DNA of 63,150 nucleotides, filler included, from Octopus bimaculoides (lineage: Eukaryota), in the NCBI RefSeq assembly GCF_001194135.2. It is 5 parts of 3 records of this genome, joined end to end, with 100 filler letters (N's around TTAATTAATTAA, not from the genome) between each part and the next. Parts side by side here need not be neighbours in the genome. Positions count along the whole stretch, not along the records: positions 22,760 to 51,257 come from NC_068983.1; 4 more parts are not named here. One strand, given 5' to 3'. This document shows positions 25,189 to 38,474 of the stretch, piece after piece. Below the pieces are notes generated by a model. It searched no databases, was not told where the DNA came from, and saw nothing but the letters and a program-made list of their open reading frames with translations. Made by a program: the position numbers and the translations under genes. Each line of letters opens with the position of its first letter. Positions within the stretch are counted from its first letter, which is position 1.

Positions 25189-25511
25189 ATATATNNNNNN
25201 NNNNNNNNNNNNNNNNNNNNNNNNNNNNNNNTATATATATATATATATATATATATGAAAGAATCCAGTCGAATACTTTATAAGCATTCTGTAGGGATCA
25301 AATATGGCTAGCCTAATTGTCAAGTTAATGTCACCGTACTCCACTGAGATTGCAGCGTTACTTTCTGTCATTAGACAACTAATTTGGAAATTCGAAGTCA
25401 AAATATCAACTTCAGAAAGACCTCAGAACCCCAGCCCAATGCTGCGGCATTAAAAACGTTCATCGTACACATTGGTTGAGATGAATGCATCTTATGACCC
25501 TGCGTCAGTGA

Positions 25512-25562
25512 TGTTCGCTGATGAGAACTAGCAGTTCAATTCGAAATCACTGGTGATCCCGG
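25512..25562 (+). ncRNA. Possible hammerhead motif
   Basis: ctgatga-gaac[tagca]gttc-aattc-gaaa-tcactggtga-tc: core and stem III present; stem I weak. Confidence 0.35.
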
Positions 25563-26730
25563 TATGTCTGGCTTTCAATTTTCGATTTCTTTCGTTATTG
25601 GGATGGAGTTCTTAGGGTCTCTATTCATTTTCCTGATTTCACCTTTGTGTTTAGTAATAACTTGTAGTTTGGTCAGTCTGGTTGTTATGTCAGCATTCTG
25701 CTACTGATTGCTGCAGTTATTTCTTGTTGTATTCGTAATTGTGTACCATGTTCTCCGTTTTTTGTTTGTTTGTTTGGTTTTTTCGTCTTTGATGCAGTAC
25801 ACATTCACTAGTTTTCTTATAAAGGGGTCTAATGCTCTTAGCTTAGATTTTTGGGCGTACAACCAGATCGAACCATCTCAAGTGTAACTGTCCGAAATGG
25901 ACGTGACTTCTGGTACTTGATTGATGAAAAGAAACCAAGAATTACCCATCCTTTTTTGCCTGTCCTTCTCATTGTTTTTTCTCTTGCTCACCTTTATGTC
26001 GTCTATCTGCCCTCTATTGCGTTTTTCACATTTGTTGATTTTCAAAGATATATGTTATATCGGAATATATATCGTTCTGACCATTGTGTTCTACAGAGAT
26101 TACGATAGACAAATTAGTTTAAGTGAAGATAGTTAGAAGGTACCGCGACGGTACAGAGTGAGGGACTGACTGGCGGTGTGTCTGTAAGAAGCAAGGTTTC
26201 GGTAGGTAGTGGTATCGGCTCCTCTGAACATGTGCCTACCCATGGCTACTTATCCATCTACATAGACTGTACGCGGGGTACTATTTATTATAGACATCCT
26301 AGACATGATGTCTATAGACATCTTCGTGGAAGATTCTGATTATTCTTACCATTGACGATCGATTAATTTGATGCGTCTTAAAATTAATCGACATCTTTTG
26401 TGTCATACATTAAATTGAGCAAAGGCTCCACCCTCTTTGCCAACTGATTAGCTAGCAAGGGTTGTTAACAAACAACACAAAAACATTCCCAGAATCTCTA
26501 GGAGGAGAAGTTCACTCTTCTGTGTAATGGAATTACACAGAAGAGAGGAAATCGTTCTACAAATATAGTGTCCCTATTCAGAGAGAAGGAAACGTTATTT
26601 CTATCGAGCAGTACTCGAAGCTCACTCGGCAGCCCTGACATTTTTTATTTTACTTACATCATCTACATATTAATATGTGTGTGTGCGCGTGCGTATGTGT
26701 GTGTGTAATTGTATGTGTATGTGTGAATAA

Positions 26731-26766
<36 letters not shown>

Positions 26767-26935
26767 CGAGAGAGAGAAAGAGGAGAGAGAGTGCATTTAG
26801 ACACATTGGACGAGCATGACATATATTGATATAGGTCGTGATGTTTATGTATATGTACATATATATGTATATGCATAGTGTATATACTTATATACACAGA
26901 CACACATACACATATCTATCTATCTATCTATCTAT

Positions 26936-26980
<45 letters not shown>

Positions 26981-27061
26981 AGAGAAATAGCAATAGCTCA
27001 CTTCCTCCTTCGCATGGCTTCATGCAATTTCTCGATACATTTATTTTGTATAAGCGCATTG

Positions 27062-27092
<31 letters not shown>

Positions 27093-27628
27093 CTATATCG
27101 TGTGTGTTTGTTAGTGTATGCGTGCTGTGTGCTTGTGTTCATTTGCGTGATCGATCGAGTGTGCAATCACTTAAACGATTGTCTCTACAGACGCGAAGAC
27201 GAAACATCAACCAACTAGTTAAGCAGCTGTTTAAAGAGCTGACATCCATCTGTACATTATATTGTCTATCTCTTGTCTCGCAGGCTGCTTTACTGGTTGG
27301 TGGTATATGTCAATCGCATACGAATTTCTTAGCCAAACAATTTTAACAGCCACATTACATAGGGAATAAAATGAGCGAACAAAAACACTAAACATACAGT
27401 CACAAGAACAAATAACTTGAGAGCAGCAGACATCTCATACATACAAACAAAAACACATCAAATAACTAAATAAACAGAATATGAATAATTAAATAAATAC
27501 AATATTTGAGAAAGAAAGGAAGGGAGAATGCGAGCGAGAGAGACTAAGGAAAAAAAACAAAGAGAAAAGAAGATAAATGGCAAGAAAGAAGACGCTCTGT
27601 CAAAGCTTATTCTGCTTGTAAATCATAG

Positions 27629-27742
27629 CTGGCACATGGGTTTTTATCACTGTTACGCTGCCAGAGTTTCGAAGACAGAAACAAGTTTTGACTTATCTAG
27701 AATTCTATCAACGGACTGATATTCATTCAAGCGTGCATTTAT
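27629..27742 (+). CDS. Candidate 114-nt phase 1-1 exon, product unknown
   Basis: aatcatag|CTGGC...CATTTAT|gtaagt; open frame GTWVFITVTLPEFRRQKQVLTYLEFYQRTDIHSSVHL. Confidence 0.35.
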
Positions 27743-28220
27743 GTAAGTATATGCGCGTGTGTATATGTATATTTGTATGTACATATATATGNNNNNNNNN
27801 NNNNNNNNNNNNNNNNNNNNNNNNNNNNNNNNNNNNNNNNNNNNNNNNNNNNNNNNNNNNNNNNNNNNNNNNNNNNNNNNNNNNNNNNNNNNNNNNNNNN
27901 NNNNNNNNNNNNNNNNNNNNNNNNNNNNNNNNNNNNNNNNNNNNNNNNNNNNNNNNNNNNNNNNNNNNNNNNNNNNNNNNNNNNNNNNNNNNNNNNNNNN
28001 NNNNNNNNNNNNNNNNNNNNNNNNNNNNNNNNNNNNNNNNNNNNNNNNNNNNNNNNNNNNNNNNNNNNNNNNNNNNNNNNNNNNNNNNNNNNNNNNNNNN
28101 NNNNNNNNNNNNNNNNNNNNNNNNNNNNNNNNNNNNNNNNNNNNNNNNNNNNNNNNNNNNNNNNNNNNNNNNNNNNNNNNNNNNNNNNNNNNNNNNNNNN
28201 NNNNNNNNNNNNNNNNNNNN

Positions 28221-29499
28221 ATCCCATAAGTTCTGTCCGAGTTTACCTGTTTTAAAATTGAATGAAATTTAATGGTATTTTAGAATGTCTAATGGAACTA
28301 AAAATTATTTTTATGCATTTTTGTACATTTAAACTAATTAAATATTATTTTACAGAAGAATAGAATTAAAATTACTTTGATTAAAACCCTTTCTAACATG
28401 GAAGTATGCAAAGAACATTTGAGGCACATAATGCTTTATGAGTACACAAATGGAAACTCTGCAGCCGAAGCGACTCGAAACATACACTCAGCTTATGGGA
28501 AAGAATGTTTGAATGAAAGAACTTGGAGAAGATGGCTTGCAAAATTCAAAAGTGGAGATTTCAGCCTTGAAGATGAAGATCGAACAGGACGTCCAGTTGA
28601 GTTTGATGATAAGCTCCTTGAGGCATTGCTTGAAGCGAATCCTGCATTATCAATTGAAGAATTGGCAATAAAGCTTAGTTCAAACCATACAACTGCTCAT
28701 CGTCATCTTCAACAACTTGGAAAAGTTCCTAAACTTGGAAAATGGGTGCCTCATGAGTTGTCCGAAAGTAACCGCAAATCTCAAGTTGACATCTGCTCTT
28801 TTCTCCATTCTCGCGAACTCATTTCACCCTTTTCGAATAGAATTGTGACTGGTGACGAAAAATGGATCTTCTATTGAAATGTTAAACGCCGTAAACAGTG
28901 ACTTATAAAAGGGAAAAAGCTCAACTACAACTTATCTTTCTATCTGGTGGGATTGCAACCTTCTCTCTATTTGGTGGGATTGCAAAGGAGTAATTCACTT
29001 TGAATTGTTACCACCTAATGCAACAATCAATGCTCAAGTCTACTGTCAGCGATTAGAGCGTTTGAACCAAGCTTTGAAGAAAAAAAACCCACTTTAGTTA
29101 ATCGAAAGGGAGTGATATTTTATCAGGACTATCGCGACCCCACACTGCAAAGATCACATCACAGAAGATCGAAGACCTTGGTTGAGAAAAAAATTCCTCA
29201 TCCACCTTATTCTTCTGACCTTGCTCCTTCAGACTACCATTTGTTTCGTAGTTTACAGAATCATTTGGGGGAACATAACTTTCACAAGCCAAGAGGAGGT
29301 CGAAACTGACATTTCAGAGTTCTTCGCTTTGAAACCAAAAGAGTTTTACGTTGATGGGATTAAAAAGTTTGTAAATAGATGGTAAGAATTCATAGATAAT
29401 CAGGGAAAGTACATTTATGATTAAATTTCAATTAAATAAAACATTTGATTACTTGTTTTCTTTATTCAAAATTCCGACAGAACTTATGGGATGATCTGG
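28221..29499 (+). mobile_element. Near full-length mariner (D,D34D) element
   Basis: TIRs atcccataagttctgtc / gacagaacttatgggat (left end cut by a gap), TA at 29500-29501, transposase motifs inside. Confidence 0.95.
28398..29424 (+). pseudogene. Mariner transposase pseudogene
   Basis: MEVCKEHLRHIMLYEY..WVPHELS..IVTGDEKWIFY* (stop at 28875), later HPPYSSDLAPSDYHLFRSLQNHL and RW*EFIDNQGKYIYD*; frameshifts and a 27-nt-period internal duplication at 28936-28985. Confidence 0.92.
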
Positions 29500-30039
29500 T
29501 ATATGAATAACCACTCACACGCATACATACATGTACATGTATACACANNNNNNNNNNNNNNNNNNNNNNNNNNNNNNNNNNNNNNNNNNNNNNNNNNNNN
29601 NNNNNNNNNNNNNNNNNNNNNNNNNNNNNNNNNNNNNNNNNNNNNNNNNNNNNNNNNNNNNNNNNNNNNNNNNNNNNNNNNNNNNNNNNNNNNNNNNNNN
29701 NNNNNNNNNNNNNNNNNNNNNNNNNNNNNNNNNNNNNNNNNNNNNNNNNNNNNNNNNNNNNNNNNNNNNNNNNNNNNNNNATATATATATATATATATAT
29801 AATTGAGATCTCAGATATTTTTTGTGAATCTCCTTGATTCTTTCAATGTGCTTGTTCCGTGGTATTAAATTGATATTAATTAATATTCAATTTTTTACCC
29901 TATTGTTTAATTTAATTAACCATAACCACGTTCTCAAAGTTGATATATTCGATGCGGAAACTATTTTATTCAGAGATATTTCCGGATTTAGCGCGCCAAA
30001 ACGAAGACTTTTGAATCTTACCATAAATATAATTAACAG

Positions 30040-30131
30040 AACCATTCATCATTCGTGGGGAGCAACTAGTATACGATTCTGGGAATTATATTTCTTTGGC
30101 GGTCGGTACTGATGAAAAACAGATATTTTCG
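30040..30131 (+). CDS. Candidate 92-nt exon, product unknown
   Basis: aattaacag|AACC...TTTTCG|gtaagg; single open frame PFIIRGEQLVYDSGNYISLAVGTDEKQIFS. Confidence 0.35.
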
Positions 30132-30244
30132 GTAAGGAAATATTAATTTTGAAACCGGTCTACGGATAACATCGTATGTATTTATGTACTTTTCACTTGT
30201 CTTGCCCGTATACGTTTTGTTGCTTCGCTAAATTTTTCTGTGAT

Positions 30245-30672
30245 CTTGTGGGACTTACAATCCACTGTGACACTCTAATCGATGCTCAGATGCGACACCT
30301 TGTTGTGGCAGATAAAAGTAAAAAGGAAGCGAAAATCATACATATTGCCGGGGTAGATGACAGAGTCGGAAAAGATGGAGACATACAGACAATTCTAACA
30401 ACCAGGTTCGAGAGATATGGCGGAGAAATTGGAACTGACATGAGGGCAAATCAGGCCCGTAAAACTGTTCTATTGGGGGTAGCTAGGATTTTCAGAATGG
30501 TGCTTGGGTGTAAAGTGTACTCCACAAGTTAATATCCAAGTACCAAAGCTTATAATTTGCGGAAAGAGACCCAGTGAGACCTCTGACAAGAGGATGCTGT
30601 CCGATCTCACAGAATCAACCAGAGCAAATAAGACTAAAAGCTCTGAGAAGTAAAACAATAATGATGATAAAC
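30245..30672 (+). mobile_element. R4/Dong-like RLE C-terminal remnant with 3' UTR and aataatgatgataa tail
   Basis: LWD../TIHCDTLIDAQ..LVVADKSKKEAKIIHIA...KTVLLGVARIFRMVLG. Confidence 0.7.
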
Positions 30673-30705
30673 GTAGCTGAATTGATTTTTATGGTTTTTT
30701 TGTAG

Positions 30706-30882
30706 TGCTGCAAATAAAATTCTTTTCGAAGATACGTGAGTCTATGTTACTTCACCAAGCATATTTTTTTTTAATTAGAGATTTTGTGGTGTCTGTGCGA
30801 AGCGGGAAGTGTATATTTGTACATATGACATTACTTACTCTTTTTCTATAGGATTCCATCAAGTGAAGATACACAGTACTAA
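30706..30882 (+). CDS. Candidate pair of last coding exons (30706-30735 and 30852-30882)
   Basis: tttttttgtag|30 nt|gtgagt...ctttttctatag|GATTCC; the spliced frame gives AANKILFEDT-IPSSEDTQY*. All four splice sites fit consensus. Confidence 0.4.
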
Positions 30883-31024
30883 TTTGTTTCTGTTCCTGTG
30901 TTGCCTATGTTGTTTTAAGTACTTCAGCTTCTCTGTTGTTTTGGGAATCAGCTTTAGCCAATATTTGCTTATCTGATGATATATTTGATATTCATTCAGT
31001 AATGATATATGTGATTTAATGTAA

Positions 31025-31195
<171 letters not shown>

Positions 31196-31904
31196 ATATN
31201 NNNNNNNNNNNNNNNNNNNNNNNNNNNNNNNNNNNNNNNNNNNNNNNNNNNNNNNNNNNNNNNNNNNNNNNNNNNNNNNNNNNNNNNNNNNNNNNNNNNN
31301 NNNNNNNNNNNNNNNNNNNNNNNNNNNNNNNNNNNNNNNNNNNNNNNNNNNNNNNNNNNNNTATATATATATATATATATATGACCTGAAATTGGAATTA
31401 GACACTTTACAATAATTTATGTTAGAAAAGAGATGCCCAGAATCACCATGGGGAATAAAACCATGTATCTGTTGTAAATAAGATGACTGCGTATACTATG
31501 GCCCCATACACCTGAATTGCGTGTTTTATTCATATTAACGTTTATATAGTGTCTCTACACAAGCTACTTGTTTATCATGTTTCTCTATCGAGACCCACGG
31601 TATTTCGTAACTACTTAACCCTATGCCGTAGAACGATAATTCCATGTTTCATCTGTTGATCGTTGTGATAAATGAGAGATAAAATGCATGCAAAAAATGA
31701 AAATAACGTAAAAAATGAAAAAACAAAAACATTTCAGTAATGTAAATGAGGAGTGGGGCAGAATATTCCAGGTGACGTCAATAAATAATAACAAAAGAGA
31801 AAAGTTATTGTATTACCTTACATAGGTTATATAATGACTATATCTTTCGAGAAAAATGTCTCCTTTTCAAATAGAAGAGAGGCAATGATTCAAAAGTTCT
31901 CAGA

Positions 31905-32445
31905 AATGTGTTGCAAATAAACATAATGCCTTTTGCATCCTTCAAAACTGCGACCACCACCTTCCCTGCTGATGAGGAAAGGAGTGTCCACTATATTGAT
32001 TATCTTTGTTTCTAGCTGAAAGTGATGAACCCCAAAATCACCTTGGCTTAGGAAATGTTAACTGAATCAGGCTGTATCTGTCTCCAAGTTATATTTTCCT
32101 GAGAAATGATCAGCCTGGTATGCTTTTGATCGAGTGTAAGAGAACATGATAACCTCCGTCAAGCCAAGTTCATTGGGGTATGCTAATAGCATTGCCTATT
32201 TGATATATAGTCAATCGCCTGTCATCAATCACGATGTGGGGGAACAATCAATATCTTAGTCGATGGTAGTAGTTGCAAAACGTGCAGACCTTGGATCATC
32301 TTCAAGATAGATTCTCCATCCCCATCCTAGATTCAGATGCTCACTTTTAAACTGTTGATAAAAGTGGATGGCTAATCCCTAATGTCGCCAACCTGTCAGC
32401 ATGAATATCGTTGGGGGCTAAACCTTTTTTCTGCAAGTGCTTAAT
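31905..32445 (-). mobile_element. Degraded mariner transposase fragment
   Basis: LQKKGLAPNDIHAD..LEDDPRSARFAT..VIDDRRLTIYQIGNAISI..LTLDQKHTRLIISQEN..GVHHFQLETK..KDAKGIMFI. Confidence 0.75.
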
Positions 32446-32671
32446 AACACAATGATACCAAATTTTGTCCATTTTCGAGAGAGGTTTCTACTAATTACTT
32501 TTAAATTACTTTTGAATAGTCAGATGTTATTTTATCGGAGAGAACCAATGAAGTTATTAGTAAGAAGCTTCGATGTTAATGCATGCAAAATTTCACACGT
32601 CTGTTATCACTCCTTCATAGTCAGCCTATGAAGTTTTCACATACACACATGCAGACACATACATATGCAGA

Positions 32672-32734
<63 letters not shown>

Positions 32735-32744
32735 NNNNNNNNNN

Positions 32745-32870
32745 TAAGTACCAGTTACGCACTGGAGTCGATGTAATCGACTTAATCCGTTTGTCTGTCC
32801 TCGTTTGTCCCCTCTGTGTGTAGCCCCTTGTGGATAGTAAAGAAATAACACATACATATTATTGTGCCTG
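32745..32870 (+). mobile_element. SINE family A, 3' part
   Basis: taagtaccagttacgcactggagtcgatgtaatcgacttaatccgtttgtctgtcc...agccccttgtggatagtaaagaaata. Confidence 0.85.
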
Positions 32871-33398
32871 GAGAGATTCATTCTGTTTTAATGCCTTATT
32901 AATTAACGCACTCACCGGTTCGATTTCCATTCAGTTATCTTTTATAAAAGTTTCGTTGCTTCTTGCAACATCTTCACTAGTCGTTGACACTGTCATATAT
33001 ATTTATATATATATATATATATATGTACACGCACACACACACACATATATACATACATATATCACCCGGATATCATTTTACCTGGAAAGCATCAATGCAG
33101 TTATTAGTTATACGATTTGAAATTAATATAAGAACACAACATATATAATTAATATAAACACTACACTCGTCTGGCATTTTAACGTAGAAATTTCGCTAGA
33201 AGTTATTTCAACCTCCTTAAGCTGTTCCTCTTGCACACACGCGCATGCGCGAACGCACACATGTGTATTGTGTGTATGGTGTGTGTGTAGTGTATATGTG
33301 GTGTTTGTGTGTGAATATGCGTATATATATATATTTTTATGTGTATATTTATAGTTATATATAGATGGTGTATATGCAAATATTTATGTATATGCATT

Positions 33399-33439
<41 letters not shown>

Positions 33440-33719
33440 CGACAGTCTGTGTCTGTATGTACTTGTGTGTGTATGCTTTTGTGATTATGTATGAGAAATG
33501 CACTTTAAAATCTCTGAACTCTTTTAGAAGTATGTCGAACAATGTACAAAGAGGACTAACCTGCAAAGAAATGTGCTTGTATAAACACAATGAAGTAATG
33601 CATAAATAGAAGAGTAGCTGAAAAAGGGAGGATGAGGAAGAGGAGACGAAGAAGAGTTAACAAAGAAGTGGAGGAGGATTAGAAGAGGGGGGAGAGGGTG
33701 TGGGGAAGGTTGAGGACGA

Positions 33720-33900
33720 CAACGTCTATGACGACGATGACGACGACGACGACAAAGAAGAAGAAGAAGAAGAAGAAGAAGAAGAAGAAGAAGAAGAAGA
33801 AGAAGAAGAAGAAGAAGAAGAAGAAGAAGAAGAAGAAGAAGAGGAGGGGGAGGAGAAAAAGGAGAACAGAAGAAGAGGAAGAAGAAGAAGATCAACAATA
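33720..33900. repeat. (GAC)(GAA)n(GAG) polypurine microsatellite
   Basis: Seen directly. Confidence 0.95.
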
Positions 33901-33976
33901 ACAACAAGTGTTCAGATTAGAAAACAAGATATAGCTTTAAAAATGGTAGCAGCAAAACGATGCTGCTGATTCGTAA

Positions 33977-34069
33977 ATTCGGCAGAATTTGAACTCAGAA
34001 CGTATCGGCAGATGAAATACCGCTAAGCATTTTGCCTGGCGTGCTAACGTTTCTGCCAGCTCGCCACCT
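33977..34069 (-). mobile_element. SINE family A, 5' head
   Basis: Reverse complement ggtggcgagctggcagaaacgttagcacgccaggcaaaatgcttagcggtatttc...ctgagttcaaattc. Confidence 0.85.
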
Positions 34070-34691
34070 TAGAGGATATAATATATTTCGCTATCTGCTC
34101 GCTTCCTAGTGATCAGTGACAGTGAACTAGAGTTCTCGCTATTCATCCACTGTGAATGAGCGTATATGTTGGCTTCATCTACTCTTAAGGTTGTCACTAA
34201 GATTTAATATCTATCACGTTTATTCAATACAATACCAGGACAAGAAATTTTAGATTAGTTGTGACTGAGTAGATTCAGATCCTGATCCATTCAGCAAAAT
34301 AGTTGAATAAAGAATGCGGTGTATTATAATTCAGTTCTATACAAATACCAATTCTTTAGAATTTCCCTCCAATGACTTGTATGAAATCGAATACCAAGAT
34401 ACATGGATATTTGGCTACCTTCACTCATAAGTCAAAGGCGAGTACAATATATATATATGTATATAAAGATATCTGTAAAGATATGTGACACTTATTCAGT
34501 AGCCATGATAAAACTCCGAGTTTCCAATGCCAAGGCGGGGGTCCACTCCAAACATCTCTTCAGTTATCCGGCTACCGGAGATTATTTTGAAATATAACCG
34601 TTAGACCCAAAGATATATATATACATAAAGTTATATACTATATAAAGATACACACATACATATATATATGTAAATATACATATATATATTA

Positions 34692-34730
<39 letters not shown>

Positions 34731-34968
34731 TATNNNNNNNNNNNNNNNNNNNNNNNNNNNNNNNNNNNNNNNNNNNNNNNNNNNNNNNNNNNNNNNNNNN
34801 NNNNNNNNNNNNNNNNNNNNNNNNNNNNNNNNNNNNNNNNNNNNNNNNNNNNNNNNNNNNNNNNNNNNNNNNNNNNNNNNNNNNNNNNNNNNNNNNNNNN
34901 NNNNNNNNNNNNNNNNNNNNNNNNNNNNNNNNNNNNNNNNNNNNNNNNNNNNNNNNNNNNNNNNNNNN

Positions 34969-35005
<37 letters not shown>

Positions 35006-36335
35006 TGATCAAATAGGGGAAAACAAACTCTATAGATGTGGAGACGAGTTTGTATATTCGATTGCACAATTCACTCTGTCCATATTCCGAATTACTTGCT
35101 TTGATATACGCACACGAATGTATTCTCTTTATCACTGGGGTTTGAACTCATATCGTAAACCGCCGGAAAAAATATCGCTAAGCATTCTATATAACACGCT
35201 AACAATTCCTGCAGCTTAGCAATCCAAATAAAGGTTTCACATTTTGGTGCAAATCAGTAATATGAGAGGCGGGGCAAATCAATTACAACAGCCGCTGTAC
35301 TTCATTTGCACTTTATTTTATTGACCCCGAAAAGATGGAAAGCAAATTTAACTTATAGGAATTTGAGCTCAGAAAGTAAAGAGTCGATAGATATGCCACT
35401 AAGCAATTTGTCTGTCACGTTGACCATTTTACCAGCTCGCTACCTTAATAGTAACAGCAGCAACAACAATAACAACAGTAATTATTTCTTATATAAGCAT
35501 TGAAGACCACGAATATCTCTGTGCTTTCGATTGATTGAACAATCCTTGTTATGTAACTACTATTATATCTGTGTATCCTAGTTGAAAACTTTTAATCGGT
35601 ACATTAAATTCTCACGGAATTAATTGAGGGTATTCAGGAAATATGAGAGCCCGAGTCATTTTCCATACAGATGGAAGCACCGTCAAATGCTAGCATAAAA
35701 CTATGCAACTCAGCTATTAGGAATTCAACCTTCTCTAATTAAAACCATATTTGCCGTGTATCTGATACCAATATTCATCGTAATTCACAAGCGTTATTCA
35801 ACAAGGCGCAGTAAATACGCTTTCCGGTACGGAATCTGCAAGCTAGATTTATTTACGCCTGTCGTTCATTGAGCATGTGTATATCTTAACGAAACCAAAT
35901 CGATATTGTATGGTTCGAACAGAGTACGTCGCTTTAATATGGGTAACTTCCATGAGATCTCTCGATACGCTAAAAATAGTAGTGAAATTTCTTTCAAAAT
36001 TGCGATTTTACTGTGGTTGTACTCAGCATTTTGCAACACACTACCCTCTTTCTAGTAATAGAATGTTACAAATGTCCCACCCACTTAAAACTAATTATGT
36101 ATACTAATTTATTAGTCATATTCCCTTATGAGAAATATGAATAATAGAAAAAATGGATTTATCTCCAATCTTTTACTTGTTCCATTCATTGAAGTGTGGC
36201 CATGCTGGGGCATCACTTTCAAGGAGTTGGATGAAGAAATCGACCCTTTTAATATTTTTTAAAGTTTGATACTTTTCTATCGGCCTGTTGTGAGAAGCCA
36301 CTAAGTTACGGAAACGTAAACAAACCAACATCGGC

Positions 36336-36430
36336 TGTGAAGCTTTGCGGTGATAAACACATTTCTAAGAAATATTGTGTGAAGCTTTGCGGTGATAAAC
36401 ACATTTCTAAGAAATATTGTGTGAAGCTTT
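36336..36430. repeat. Perfect 42-bp tandem duplication (2.3 copies)
   Basis: tgtgaagctttgcggtgataaacacatttctaagaaatattg at 36336 and 36378, then a partial third copy. Confidence 0.95.
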
Positions 36431-36639
36431 AGTCGAATGAATTGTAACCAGTTCTTTATTTTATCGACCCTTGATAGAGGTAAGGCAGACTTTACTATAG
36501 CAGTATATAAACATAAAGAACCAGAGCAAATACTGCAAAGAATTTAGTTCAACCCTTTAAGGACTTTGTTCATCCTAAAGAGTTTGCTCCTAATAAGAGA
36601 TCACTATTAACATATTTGCTTAAGAAAGGAGAGAAATAA

Positions 36640-36641
36640 GC

Positions 36642-36701
<60 letters not shown>

Positions 36702-36703
36702 TA

Positions 36704-36791
<88 letters not shown>

Positions 36792-37382
36792 TCAATACAG
36801 TAACAATAAGAGCATCACAACAAATCACAGCACATACCCAAGGCACACATAGCTGCGCTCGGTAGAGCAGTGAAAGCACGTGATAAAAATAAGACTACTG
36901 AATAATAATAATACGAGAAATTAAGGCAAATAGACCAGATATAGTTGTCAAAGATCATGAAGAAAAAAAATGCTTTCTAATTGATGTATCAATACCAGCA
37001 GATNNNNNNNNNNNNNNNNNNNNNNNNNNNNNNNNNNNNNNNNNNNNNNNNNNNNNNNNNNNNNNNNNNNNNNNNNNNNNNNNNNNNNNNNNNNNNNNNN
37101 NNNNNNNNNNNNNNNNNNNNNNNAAACAATTCCTATTATAGTAGGTGCCTTAGGTATAATAAAAAAAATATTCAGACAAATACATAACAAAAACACCAGG
37201 ACTTACAAATATATATAACATACAGAAAATTGCACTACTGGGTACTGCACACATTCTACGCAAAACACTTTCAATACAGTAAACATAAGAGCACCACAGC
37301 AAACCACAGCACATACCCAAGGCGCACAGAGCTGCGCTCGGTAGTGAAGTGAAAGCACGTTATAAAAATAAAACTACTGAAC

Positions 37383-37412
<30 letters not shown>
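36640..37412 (+). mobile_element. Two tandem 5'-truncated R4/Dong-like copies within a (TAA)n array
   Basis: (TAA)n, then copy 1 (36788-36900: last codons LSIQ* and 3' UTR), (AAT)4, copy 2 (36914-37381: REIKANRPDIVVKDHEEKKCFLIDVSIPAD..IPIIVGALGIIK..QKIALLGTAHILRKTLSIQ* and the same UTR), then (AAT)n. Confidence 0.92.
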
Positions 37413-37413
<1 letters not shown>

Positions 37414-37570
37414 TCTCAAATTTTCGCACAAGGGTACTTAATTTATCGACTTCGAAAGGATGAAAGGCAAAGTCGACCACCGTGAAACTTGAACTCAGAA
37501 CGTAAGGACGGACAAATTGCCGCAAGACATTTCGCCCGGCGTGCCAACGACTCTGTCAACTGATTGCCTT
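37413..37570 (-). mobile_element. SINE family A
   Basis: aatttatcgacttcgaaaggatgaaaggcaaagtcgacc...tgaactcagaacgtaa...cgcccggcgtgccaacg. Confidence 0.8.
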
Positions 37571-38438
37571 CACTGTTTTATAATAATACTATAATGCAAT
37601 GTTCGATTCATATTCTGATTCCGCCCAAGGTGTTTCAAAAAGGGCTATAAATTAAAAACATTGCGTATATTTTAAATACTTAATTTCTAGAAATATACAC
37701 GACCCCTCTAAATACCCAGCACTTTCTAGCTCCACTTGGATATTTGCTATCCCTCAAGATCTCACAACTTGCCCAAGAGGATGCTAATGCCCAAATTAAG
37801 AAGCATTACCCTAGCGTTTTGATAAAAAGAGAAGAAAAAAAACATGTTTGGTCATGGAATCTGAGATAATCCATATCTTAGCAGATGGGACTGTCACAAA
37901 TGGAATGACTTGATCATAACCAACATGGAACTAAACACTCTCGCAACAAGTAGCTGCAGCAGATGCAGCAAGAACATTAGTAACCATTGGTGTTGGATAG
38001 CAACGTAAAAAAACTCGCCATTTTCATACAGATACAACATGGTAATTTGTCAGTCACTCAAACGATCTAACATGACATCGCTTTAACAATGGGTGAACAG
38101 ATTCAGATGACTATTACATTTAGACAACAATAGTTTGCGGTTAGATAAGTGCAAGTCAGCAACGACCTTACAATTAGATATATTACTCAGTAAGAACACC
38201 CACCATATAAAGGAAAAATAAATAAATAAATAAATAAATGAATAATCGCGCAAATAGAGGTCATGTGACACATAATGAGTATTTTGTCCCTACTTTTATG
38301 ACTCCTGTTGCTGTTGTGTACTTTTTGCTTACAGAAAGACGTTTATACAAAACACAATGAAAAGCATACATGCATATACACGCACATACATAAATACATA
38401 TATGCACACACACATACAATAATACATACATACATGCA

Positions 38439-38474
<36 letters not shown>

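Noticed and set aside
27688-28272. Long ORFs rich in X (also 38261-39216, 44112-45121, 49156-49798, 51539-52989, 61199-61727)
   Set aside because: They only span N gaps and have no real coding content.
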